Of a stretch of DNA of 64,000 bases, positions 11,901 to 23,166 are shown in pieces. This stretch comes from Marsupella aquatica (taxonomy: Eukaryota > Plantae > Marchantiophyta), in NCBI GenBank assembly GCA_973895155.1, contig OZ316899.1:4033241-4097240 (forward strand), in the 5' to 3' direction. Numbering within the stretch: position 1 is the first letter of the stretch; every line of letters begins with the position of its first letter. A program made the position numbers and the translations under genes. The notes under the pieces were generated by a model that had not been told where the DNA came from, ran no database searches, and saw only the letters and a program-made list of their open reading frames with translations.

Positions 11901-14123
11901 CGACTCACTTATCTCCCGTCAGGTGTTTGGCAAACTCTGTCCAGCTCCACCCGACATGAACCTGACAGGATATAGAATTACACTGGTAAGAAAGCGTAAC
12001 GCAAAAGGTGAAGTCATTAGACACAAGGCACGATTGGTTGCAAAGGGATACACACAAATTTGGGGAAAGGACTATGACCTCACCTATGCCCCAGTTATGG
12101 ACGCCATCACATACAGGTACCTGATTGCTTTCTCATTGATTCATAAACTTAAGCTGCACCTGATGGACGTCGTCACAGCATATCTCTATGGAGTTTTAGA
12201 CACAGAGATCTATATGCAGGCCCCGCCTGAACTCATTAACAGAGTTAAATTCCATATTCAGGGGGAGAAACTTCTCCCATTATCCCCAGATCTAAAGTCT
12301 GGCGTAGACCAGATTGTACCTACAGAAATGCAGACGAACTTGATCAACCACAGATCAACCCCCACTGTTTTCGAGAAACAGACAGAGCTTGATGCTATAC
12401 CATCTTGTCCCACCAAGGTTAAGATACCTGTGAACAAGACTGTCAGCAAAGAGAAATCCAAGAACAAGATTGCTGTACAGGTCCTCCGCTCTCTTTATGG
12501 CCTTAAACAGAGCGGGAGGATTTGGTATCAAAGATTTAAGGCAGAAATGCTCGCTCTTGGGTTCGTGAATCACGAGATAGCTCCATGCTTATTTATCAAG
12601 CATATGGGAGATGAGTTCATTATTATCGCGATCTACGTCGACGACATAAGTATTTTTGGTACACCTGAACTCACTGCCACCACGATAGCAACTCTAAAAG
12701 TAGCATTCAAAATGAAAGACATAGGCACACCAAATTACTGCCTTGGTATACAGATCGAGACATTACCGGAAGGCATCTTTATCCACCAGTCTACTTACAC
12801 ACGCAAGGTATTAGCGCAGTTCAATATGGACAAGTCATATCCGGTTACTACACCGATGGACCTTCGATCATTAGACCCTACAAAGGATATATTTCATAAG
12901 AGAACAGACTCAGAGCTACTTCTCGGCCTAGAAAAACCTTACCTCTCCGCCATTGGAGCATTGATGTACCTTGCGAACCAGACCAGACCCGACATAGCGT
13001 TCGCAGTGAACTTACTTGCAAGACATAGCTCCCAACCCACAATCCGCCACTGGAACGGCATCAAGCGAGTCCTCAGGTACCTGCAAGGCACAATAGATAT
13101 GGGACTATACTATGCTAATACGATTCCTAACGAACTCGTGGGCTATGCCGATGCAGGTTATCTATCCGACCCTGACGATTCTAAATCCCAGACGGGATAT
13201 GTGTTCCTTCAAGGCGGGACTGCAGTATCGTGGAAAAGCACCAAGCAGACACTCACCACTACCTCATCGAACCATGCTGAAGTGATCGCACTTTACGAAG
13301 CGTGTAGAGAATGTGTTTGGCTTCGACAACTAGTCAACCACATCCATACCTCTGCCGGAAGACCTAACCTGACAGCTCCAACAACGATCTTTGAAGACAA
13401 CCGACCCTGCGTCAATCAAATCACCAAGGGCTTCATAAAAGGAGACAGAATTAAACATATAGCACCGAAATTTTTCTACACCGCAGAACAACACGGGGAT
13501 CACATCAACATAGTCTGGATCCCTTCCAAAGAAAACAAAGCTGACCTTTTCACGAAACCATTACCTAGAATCCTGCACAATGAACACTGCGAGGGCATCG
13601 GCATGCGTCGACTCTCAATCCTGAAACCTTGACTACAGTACCCACAATAAGTCGACTCACCAACCAACATGACCTAAACCATAATACACCACAAGCAGGA
13701 AAGCACAAAGCCTGAAACACATATTTTTCAATACTCGAGAACACATACATTATAAATTTTTCTGGCCCATCATTGTGGGTGGTAACACTCTTTTTATCCC
13801 TAGAAGAAAGCAGAGGGTTTTTAATGAGGTTACACCTGATGGCAAATCAGATTAGAAATACCACATTTGGATAACTATTTATTACCCATTAGATTGCACC
13901 AAATGATACATTATTAGCAATCTAGGGGGAGTGTTGTAATACAAATATTATCCCAAACACAGTGGATAGGGAGACCTGAAAAGGTACGAATTAGTAGAAG
14001 GGAGATGAATAGGATCATAACTACCCTAACTAACATTGTATATATATGACCATGAATTGGTCATACTTTAATTGGAGTTGTTGATGGATTGATTGAGATC
14101 TTGATAGAATTAATGTCACAACA
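8959..14123 (+). mobile_element. Full-length Ty1/copia LTR retrotransposon with half-tRNA-type PBS (Bianca-like)
   Basis: 192-bp LTRs (8959-9150, 13932-14123) differing at 1 position; TSD GATAG; PBS CGTTATCAGCAC at 9151; PPT AGGGGGAG at 13924-13931. Confidence 0.97.
9305..13632 (+). pseudogene. copia gag-pol (gag, CCHC knuckle, protease, integrase, RT, RNase H), interrupted
   Basis: CFQCGGPGHIKRDC, ILDSGTSHT, LWHRRLGH, IRIDNAGEF, YVDDI and GYADAG motifs in copia order. TAA at 11210-11212 and a small CCATTAC duplication near 11270-11286 break the frame. Confidence 0.93.
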
Positions 14124-14479
14124 GATAGAATATTAGATAGTAATTATGTTAGATTGCAGCATTGACTTGGAGGAAGATCCAAGGCAGACATCATGTACCA
14201 ATTTTACTTGGTAAGCAGGATGAATTATTCTTTGTCATTTGTGTTCCTGCCATTTGTGATCTGTGTATGCATCTATGCAGCAAGTGTGGAAATTGTGTAT
14301 CCCTTTGTATATATGGTGTTTGGTGTTTGAATCTGTTTTGTTTGATGCAGAATGTGTGTACATTGTATGGAGGTACACTTTGTGCAATAGAGTTCAAGTT
14401 GAATGTGAAATAGAGTTCAACCTATGTATGAATGAATGTGTATGAATGTTATTGGTGCATACTTATTAGGTCATTCCTA

Positions 14480-14817
14480 GTTAGAATGAATGACTTACAT
14501 GAACCGGACCTTGATATTTCTCTTAGTCATTTCGTCAACCCAAAGAGTACTTAAAACGACTACCCTACAAACATTGTTTCAATCGTTGAAAATGAGTCAC
14601 CCATCCAGCCCGTATGAAAGACTACAAACGACTGGAAAATCAAGTCTCTTATACAACTAAGCGCTCAGTTTTGAAAACAACTAAGTCTATTTTAGTAACA
14701 AAACATACAACTCGCAATCCTATAAACGACTTGAGTCCTGTCCAGTTGTTTGTGAGTCCTAAACGGTGGTGCATAGTTGTTTAATATGGTCTAAAATAGG
14801 CCAATTTTCTACTAGTG
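14480..14817. mobile_element. Right terminus of a CACTA (En/Spm) element
   Basis: Ends TTTTCTACTAGTG (reverse complement CACTAGTAGAAAA) with dense subterminal AAC(G/A)ACT repeats in both orientations. Left end not seen. Confidence 0.7.
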
Positions 14818-15972
14818 ATACCAGCACGTCCCCCTGAGGACATCTCCGTATCCGATAAACCTTTGAGGCTGCTAGATACCAAAACTACAGGGTTCAGTTG
14901 TAGCAAGCCTCCCCTGGTTAAACGCAAGGAACCCTAAACCCTAAACCCCTACTTTACTCCTGTAGTAGAGTGGTCAGATGGTTAAATAACACTTTAACCT
15001 CTAATGACTTGAATTCGTTCCCTGTAAGAGTTAATGAAAAGCAAATTGGTACTGAAAAGAACAAATAAGATGTTGATTCGGCATAACCTCGCCAAGGAGT
15101 TCTCTCTCCATAGGATTGATGATAATCAATGAAGAAAACTAACAATTAAACAAAAAGGCATGAAAAAGATTAGTGAGAATATACTTTCAATTGGTCTAGA
15201 GCATAAGGTAATGTAATCTGACGACCTCCAGAAGATCAACGGGACTCTAGTTTTTTTAAGATTCAGAATACATTAGAGCTTAAACAATAGCCGAATTCAG
15301 AATGGATAACCACATTAAATAGAAATTGCAATGGAGAACAACAGCTATGAATCCAAGAATCCTTTCAGGTCAACAAAGTAGGACGGTACTGAAATTCTTG
15401 ATTTAATAACTTCTCAATGCTAAAATCACTAAATTGTCAAGTAGTTTCTCAATTTGATTTTGATTGATGGTCATGGAAATTGAACATTCAATTGTAAATA
15501 CCGCAACAATGGTACTTGAATATCACAAAGAATTCAACATGAAGCAAGTCGAATCTCCATCAAATTGTGAAAATAGAGTCTCAAAATTACTAAGGTCTTT
15601 ACTTCTCAACATGAGAAGGAGTTCCAGTTCTACTCCAAACAGGTCCAGGCTCAACAGGAGCACCTGAGGAGGAGCTACGAGGCTTCCAACAGAAACTGAT
15701 AAGCTAAAGGAAATGGATATGTTTTTCTCCTTAAGATGCACAAAGGAAAGATCCCAAAAGTCACAAAGTGTCACTTTCGGTTTTCATGGGGAAAAAGTAA
15801 TTGTCATTAAAATCTGGAAATGAGTATGAGCAAAAATCCGGGAACTGATAACAAAGAAAAATCCGGAAATGGATGTAAGGCAAAATCCGGATACTGATTT
15901 CCGGTTCTACTACTAAATCCGGATTTAGATCCTAGTCAGATCCAAAAATGCTAACTAACTAACTAAAAACTA

Positions 15973-17660
15973 CTAAGCTACTGGAGAATCATCTTCTACC
16001 TCTACTCTAACTGGCTCATGGGTGTCATCAACCGGACTAGTCGGCTTCTGGGAAGTAGGCGTCCCTAAGCTTGTAGTAGCTTCCGCATCCTTCAAATCCA
16101 AAGTAAAGTTGTGTGTGGGACTGATAGTCGAAGGCAACACGGACGGAAAACGGAACTCAACCTTCTCAAATCCGGGTGGAGTGCCCTTTGCATCAAACAT
16201 TCCGGCTTCCGGAATCCAAACTTGAGTAGGTGCAAGCGTTGACTTCACATCTGAAATAACTTTCTCCATCTGGTCGAAAGCTCCAGTGATCTTCTTAGCA
16301 AACCGGTTATTACACTCAATAACCTTGGCAAGGGTGTCTGGGTTGGCTGTGGCTAAATACTTATCAGGTTGGTATCTCAACCAAGTCCAAGGCTGGTACA
16401 TGAAGCGCTTCCTGAACACTGGTGACTGTTGCATTCAGTAATTTCCGGATTTTCAGATGCTCCTCCAACTTCTTCTGTGCAACATCCAACTATTCCACCA
16501 AGGAATCAATCTTTTGTCTGTCCTTGACTGCCTGATCCTCCAAGTCCCAGATCCTCTTCTTGGCCTGGCTTTTAATCACCATATCCAAAGTGGAAATGAT
16601 GACAACCGGACTGCAATTGAGCATCTCAGCAACTTTGCCAACAAGATCCTCTAGTTGTTTTGTCTTGCTGGCGGCACTCTCCACAAAAATCCGGACATGC
16701 TCCAACTCTACTGATGCCGTCCACTTCAAACTTGATGTCACGCCCGGAAGACTTCCTTTGCTTTCCGGTCTCCGGACAGGTTTTGGATCTTTGATTGGAT
16801 CCGGTTCCGGACTCTGAACTAACCGCTTCCGGGTCCTAGGCGGTCAGACTTCAACAATAGGTTCTTCTTCTGACTCAGTCCCCTCAGATGGCTGTCAATC
16901 CGGATCTCCGAGTTGAGCCAACATGGCTTGGTTCTCATATTCCTTTGCCTCTTCATATGTCAGAACCCGGTCCATGGAGGATAGGTTCGCTAGGTAGCAC
17001 AAAAGGGAGGTGGGAGTCTTCAAGTGAAGATTCCGGACTTCCTTAGCGATGACTTCCTCCAACACCTTTGCCCAAGAAATCTTCTTCTCACCCACGTAGA
17101 AAGCAGCAATTGTATTGCCAATCCGGATTGTTACTCGACGAGGTTTGGCAAGGGATAGAATGGGTAAGAGGAAGGCCAGGACATCAAAGCTCCTCATTCA
17201 GGCACTGAGACATCTTCCAGCCATCCTTCGGGTCAACCTCACCATCAAAATAATTGTCAACGTAATTCTCCTTCGAAGTAAAAAAACTCTCTCCCTTTAA
17301 TGGCACATCTAGCAATGAGGAGATGACAGCCGCAGTCCACTTTTCTGGATTTCCTCTGATAGAATCCGGAAAATCCGAAGCAAGGGTGGCACGATTCCGG
17401 TCCTCCTTCACGAACATTGTACTCTGGTATCCCCATGGCAATTCCATCAACTTTGTGCAGCCCATGGCCTCAAGGTTGTTCTGTAAATGGTCCTTCCTTT
17501 CCGGATCCGTAGGAATCTCTGGACGTAGCGGCTTCTTGTTAACAATGACTGTCCACTCCTTAGTCGTCCGCTTTGGAAGCGTCCGGATTCCGGATTTGTC
17601 TAGGGCAAAATCCGGATCCTTTCTCTTCACCACGATGAACAAGGGAGAGAAAGAAACCAA
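15973..17660 (-). pseudogene. Fragmented ORF of the F3 unit
   Basis: Pieces 17184-17660, 16895-17197, 16490-16741 and 15973-16434 are collinear with 54973-56451 (KRKDPDF/MAKRKDPNF, LPWGYQS, FDGEVDPKDGWK). Confidence 0.65.
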
Positions 17661-18121
17661 ATTAAAATCCCTTCACAAAATTCCAGAAATCTCAAATCCG
17701 GAAATTGGAATCAAATCGTCACTTCCCCACTCAATCGAACGATCACCCACTTCCCCCGTAACCAGTTCCTCACAACTAATGCCTCGAATCGACAGCCTCG
17801 TCCGACTCTATTCACTCCTATGACTTCTTGCAAAAGATTTTTACAACAATTCGGTGGTGTGAGGAATGCCCGGTCATAGTGGCCTTAAGAACTCGGTCAC
17901 CAACTTCCGGTCTCTGGTCGGACATCAAACTTATGGTTTTAGTCGGCATTCTTGTACGCCTCCTCTCGCGGTGCAACTGTACCGGTATTTTCAAGTTCCA
18001 AAAAGAGTGCTATCGGGATATTTCTGGATGTCATACTGCAAACTAGACTTTGTAGTCAATTCCGGGTTTATTATACTCCATTAACCTAGTAATGCATGAA
18101 AAATTGCAAAAAATTGCACTT

Positions 18122-19412
18122 TGTTGTAACCCGAGTAACCTGAGTTAACTCTAGCCTACCTAGAACTAAGCCTACCACGGTTAGGCTCAAGACCAACTGC
18201 CCAACCGCCTTACCTACCTAAGGGACTATATGTATCGGATGAGGAATGAATGGAAGAACTGATTGTCGATGAGCTATAACACGTTATCAGCACGAGGCTC
18301 CTTTTTTTTGCTGCTATCGATCGTTCGCAAATTAATTTTTTTTTCTAGAGGACCCTTTGGTGAAAGCTCACGATACGGATTGCAGCGGCAGCGAAAACAA
18401 TGTCGGCCCATTGAGAATCAAGGACTCAACCTCATACACTGAAAATCAGACTCGCAAAAATCATAGTGGACAACCAAAAGCTTAGACAATTAATCAATTG
18501 GATTACCCGGAGATCACACCAGAGCACATACATCGTGGTTATCAGACTCGAATCACAAAGTATCCGCAATAAATTGAAACAGGATGTCTATACCCACCAA
18601 TTCTATCGAGAAACTACTATTCCAACCTCTCAGCATAGATGGCGCCAACTACTTATCCTAGACCTTGGACGTCAAGGCCCACCTCGCAGCTAAGGAAGTC
18701 CAGGACACGATCATCACAGATGCGGGAACTACACTACCGCAAAAGGCAAAAGCCTTGATATTAATTCAACACCATCTATGCGACCCCTTGAAGAAGCAAT
18801 ATATGAACAAATTTAACCCCCGGATACTCTGGGATGACCTCCAATCCCGTTTTGATCACATTTGGACCATCTACCTGCCAGCAGCATGACACGACTGGAT
18901 TAACTTGCGAGTCCAAGATTATAAGACGATCATTGACTACAACAGCGAGCTATTCAGAATCGCAGCACAATTGGCAATTTGCGGACAGCCAGTAAACGAT
19001 GTCGAGCAAATCAAAAAGATGCTATCCACTCTGCATTCCGCCAACCTAATACTTTTGACACAATACCGCAATATGGCCTTTACCAACTCCGAACTAATCG
19101 CCCACATGCTCCTGGCGGAGAAGCATCAGCTCCTGTTACTATAGAATGCACAAAAGCAACCACCAGGAACCCTAAAAGATCAACAAGAATCATTCAAGTA
19201 GGCTTTAGTTGGTTGCAACATTTCCTCAAACCATGTTACACCCAAGGGGGAGTGTTGTAACTCGAGTAACCTGAGTTAACTCTAGCCTACCTAGAACTAA
19301 GCCTACCACGGTTAGGCTCAAGACCAATTGCCCAACCGCCTTACCTACCTAAGGGACTATATGTATCGGATGAGGAATGAATGGAAGAACTGATTGTTGA
19401 TGAGCTATAACA
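18122..19412 (+). mobile_element. Non-autonomous copia derivative (LTRs plus decayed gag only), nested in the F3 unit
   Basis: 160-bp LTRs (18122-18281, 19253-19412) with 3 C/T differences; TSD CACTT; PBS CGTTATCAGCACG; PPT AAGGGGGAG. The gag remnant at 18665-19144 is homologous to the gag at 9305; no pol. Confidence 0.93.
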
Positions 19413-19450
19413 CACTTTTTAATTTCTTTGGCCATAGCCCTGTTATCACA

Positions 19451-20452
19451 ACTCCCCTGCTCTCCCATCCTTCAACTCGCTCCAAGCTCTTGTGTTCCTC
19501 GAGATGTCTATCCCCGCCTCCTGCATCAGACGAACATCCATGTGAGAAGCTCAAGGAACGTTGTTTTTTGGATTCGCCTTTGATTTTGTCCTTTGCAGCC
19601 GAGGGAGGAGTTTGTAGTTCCTGCTTTTGTGCTCGCACCTTAAGTTTGCTATTGGAGATGTAAGTCTCATATTCTGACATCTCAGCGTCAGAATCACCAT
19701 GGTAACAGAATGCTTTGCCCCCTGCCTCCCCGCCAATAGAGTCCACGACCCAAAGCTGTCCCGCGTTCCCCAACATCTCTATCCCCAAGGGAGCATAACT
19801 CATAGCATGCACATCAAGCCTGGACCCAATTTGGCCTGACTCACTCCAACATGCAAGTGGGTAAGCCACCACAACCAGATCCACCATTGCACTCCCCGCC
19901 ACCGCCGGAGGAAGCAAGTCCAATTTTGCCATCGTTATCCTGCTAGCAGTTGCCTTATTGGTCTCAGGAATCGATTGTTGAGAGAAAGAGGCCAAATTCC
20001 GTTCATTGATCCTATTGTTCTCTGTGACCAGTTGCTCAATCTGCACCATATCAGCCTCCACAGCATTTGTAATAGTATCATCCTTTGGCAAGTCTCTAGC
20101 CTCTCTAAACTCCGCTCTGGCCTTGGCATTATCTAGAGCCCGTTGCACCTCCTCAGCATCCACCTCAAAGTGGCGTTCGTCATCCTTCTCATCAGGAATC
20201 TCATCTTCAACCACCTCTGGCACCTCCTTTACTACTTCCTCATTGCAATTCCAAGCCAGGTGACCCTTCTTGTTGCATTTATAGCAATGATAAGGGATAT
20301 TACAAAAGGTCATTGGTTGCCATATCACAATATCCTCTCAAATTCTCACTCTGACACTGGCCGAAACCTCCCAATCCGTGTCCCAAAGAATGCAAGCTTG
20401 ATCATGGGGGAAGGAGCTAAATTGATCTCCCTGTATATAATATAGCAGAGTT
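19451..20452 (-). pseudogene. 3' half of ORF1 of an older L1-type LINE (host of the LINE at 20453)
   Basis: Zinc knuckle CYKCNKKGHLAWNC. The frame joins 27292-27573 across the TSD (LGTLL|YYIQGD). Confidence 0.8.
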
Positions 20453-21449
20453 TGGGAAAGAGAGCTGAGCGAGAGCTGAGGAGAGCTGGGAGAGCTGGGA
20501 GAGCGAAACATCGTCGTTTCTCTTTTCTCTTCCATTTTTTTGTTTCTAATCTGTCATGCTGAGCTTCACTGATTTGTCTATTTGTCAGGCCGACGGGAGA
20601 TTTGAAAAGCTCTGCCTGTGGCCTTTCGAACGAACCGCGTATCACCAACTTTAGACTATCTTAGACATAGGTTTGACTCGCATAAAGTTTTTTGAACTTC
20701 TTTAGTTCCTCCGTTGCAATTGGATAGATTTTGGCTGAACCGTTCGAGCGGGTGGTTGCTTAATCCCTGGTGTGTCAACAACGCTCTATGGATACAAATG
20801 CACACTACGGATTTGGACGATCGTTTTGCTCCACTGGTGTCAAGGGACCGAATCGCTATCCTTATGCCCTTTCTGGCCGAGGAAACGGGAGGGGACCATC
20901 TGATGCCTCTTGGCGGCGTGAAGGTGCGCCTCTCTCTTTGGGGCGACGCCCTTGGAACGGGGATGCGCATGAGAAATTCCTACCGGAGAAAGATTCAAGT
21001 AGATTTTCTATTCAGGATGCACGTGGTGGTCCAAAAGCAGCACCTTTTGATCTGTTTGATAACTCTCGGGCGCAGAGGGAAATAACTCCCCCATAACGAC
21101 TTCAACAAAGTGGCCGTTTCATTCCCCGACATGGCACTTCGTGGGCTGACCAAATGGAAGAAGAAACAACGGCACGAGATGATGCTACTTTGGCCCCGCC
21201 CTTGCCCAGAGGGAAAAATGCATAAAATGTTGCCGAACCGGATCCAACCATTCCACCATCGATGGAATATAATGATGCACATGACAGAAATGGAGGTGAG
21301 CATAGAGACCATCTGGATACTTCACAGGATCACACGATGGATTACAACTTTCCACACGACGGACTACGCAGTAGAGAGGAACTTTCAGAGAACTCACAGG
21401 AAACCTGCCTGGATATCTTAAGGACTATTACCTTGAACTCCACAGAGGA

Positions 21450-23030
21450 TTGGCCGGACCAACTTCACACTACCATCAGTGGTCGATTGAGGAAGCTACT
21501 CTCTCCGTCCAAGAGCTTTACAGTTGCCCTATGATGTGCTTCTTCACTGACCGTGCCCCTCTCCTTCCTTCATTTCGTGATTGGGTGGAAGGAGTTTTCA
21601 TTAGGGATTTAGGCTGGCCGGTTACACAGATCAAGTATGTTGGGAAGAACTTTTTTATGATCTCTTTCGAATACCCGGCACACAGAGACGCAGCGTTGGA
21701 ACTGTCCCCTCTCTTCTTGGATCGGAAAATTGTACACACGTTTCCTTGGGAACCTTCATTCGATGTGAGGAATGATTCTTATACCAAGCTGCCAGTTTGG
21801 ATTGAGATACCCTTTTGAGCTCTTGTTCTTGAAGGTTGTCGTAAAAGGATTGCGGAATCTTTTGGTAAACTTCTTTACTACATCCAAGGTGATGTCCGCA
21901 GCTCTTTTCCTCACGATCGCGCTTGCATTCTTTGGGATACAAGCCGTGAAATTCCTTGTAGTGTTGGAATTGAGATTACAGAAGACATCACTATTTGGCA
22001 GTCGGTCAGATTCAAAAACATTCCTTATCACTGCTTTCGATGCAACAAGAAGGGGCACCTTGCCAAAGAATGCATAATTTTGGAAGAAAATGCCACCTCA
22101 ACTAAAGATACTGAGGCGACTAAGGCAAACGAAGTAGACGCGGGGGCTAAGCAGCACAATAATGATAGCGGTAACGGTGCTACCGACCGACACGTGGACT
22201 CCACTATTGACAGTCAGACAAAGCTACCACCTGGCGCTGACACGATGATTGAATCAACGACAATGGACGCTGCACTGGCTGTCTCTCCTCCTGGTGCGGA
22301 TCTTATGATTGCTACTAACATATTAGCAGCTGAACCAAGTGGTGGGCCATCTGTCTCTACTGACTTTCTTGTCGGTAGCTCCTCTCGACCCCTGCAAGTG
22401 AATGCGCATCGTCTTACTCAAGCCGTCACACTACTACGCACCAACAAGTCTCACAGCATTGACCACCAGATTGTTGAAGCCATAGCATCCCCATCTCCAA
22501 CTCGCTCTCCTCACCACGTTGTAAGCAACGCAAATGAATTTTGTCTCCCCTTACTCAGAGACAACGCTCTTTTTCAAGCACTGCCAAGCTCAGAAGATGG
22601 CCTAGCTGAACATGGGCTTGATCAGGATCCGACTGCCCCTTTGGGGTCTGATAAATTGGCAGTCCTGATTGAGAATCCTTTGGATCCTCCTTCCACCTCG
22701 AACGATGATATGTGCTTACCTGTCATTGGATTAGACACGACTGACCAGCAGTTACCAATTGTGGCCAGCAGGGACGAGATAATATCAGTTCTAGGTGGTT
22801 CGGATGTAGAGATGTCTGAATATGAGGAATACATTTCAAAAGGTCAGCTCAAGAAGGATCATGCCAGGAAACTGGAACTCCAAACTCCTCCGTCTGATCA
22901 GAAGAAGAAGAAAGACAAAAAAGCCAATACAAAGAAAGGTCGCTTGATACAATTCTCGTCTCACGATACTCAGGCTTCTAGCTCTCAGACTCGAACGAGA
23001 TCCAATTCAAATCGCTATCCGACGGCGTAG
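21450..23030 (+). pseudogene. LINE ORF1 (DUF4283-like region plus CCHC knuckle), frameshifted
   Basis: VTQIKYVGKNFFMISFE...PWEPSFD...LPVWIEIP, and a CFRCNKKGHLAKEC-type knuckle near 22030-22075. The true start may lie further upstream. Confidence 0.8.
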
Positions 23031-23166
23031 GCTACATTGGATCTAATCTGGATTGGGCGGACCTCAAGGAATGCATTTTTATGGCTGCGCTTCCCTTTGG
23101 AAATTTGCACTAGAAATAGGAAGCCTTAATCTTTTTCCTCATTTTGCGGCACAAGGATTCAGGAAC

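Larger units (their letters stand above)
14961..19450 (-). mobile_element. ORF-bearing TG...CA unit, family F3 (about 3.2 kb once the nested copia is removed)
   Basis: Ends TGTAGTAGAG...GTTATCACA; perfect TSD ACTCC (14956-14960 / 19451-19455). Homologous to about 54240-56975. Confidence 0.8.

Noticed and set aside
14931-14948. Telomere-like CCCTAAA repeats (also AGGGTTT near 5294-5308)
   Set aside because: Only about two units each; too short to indicate an interstitial telomere.
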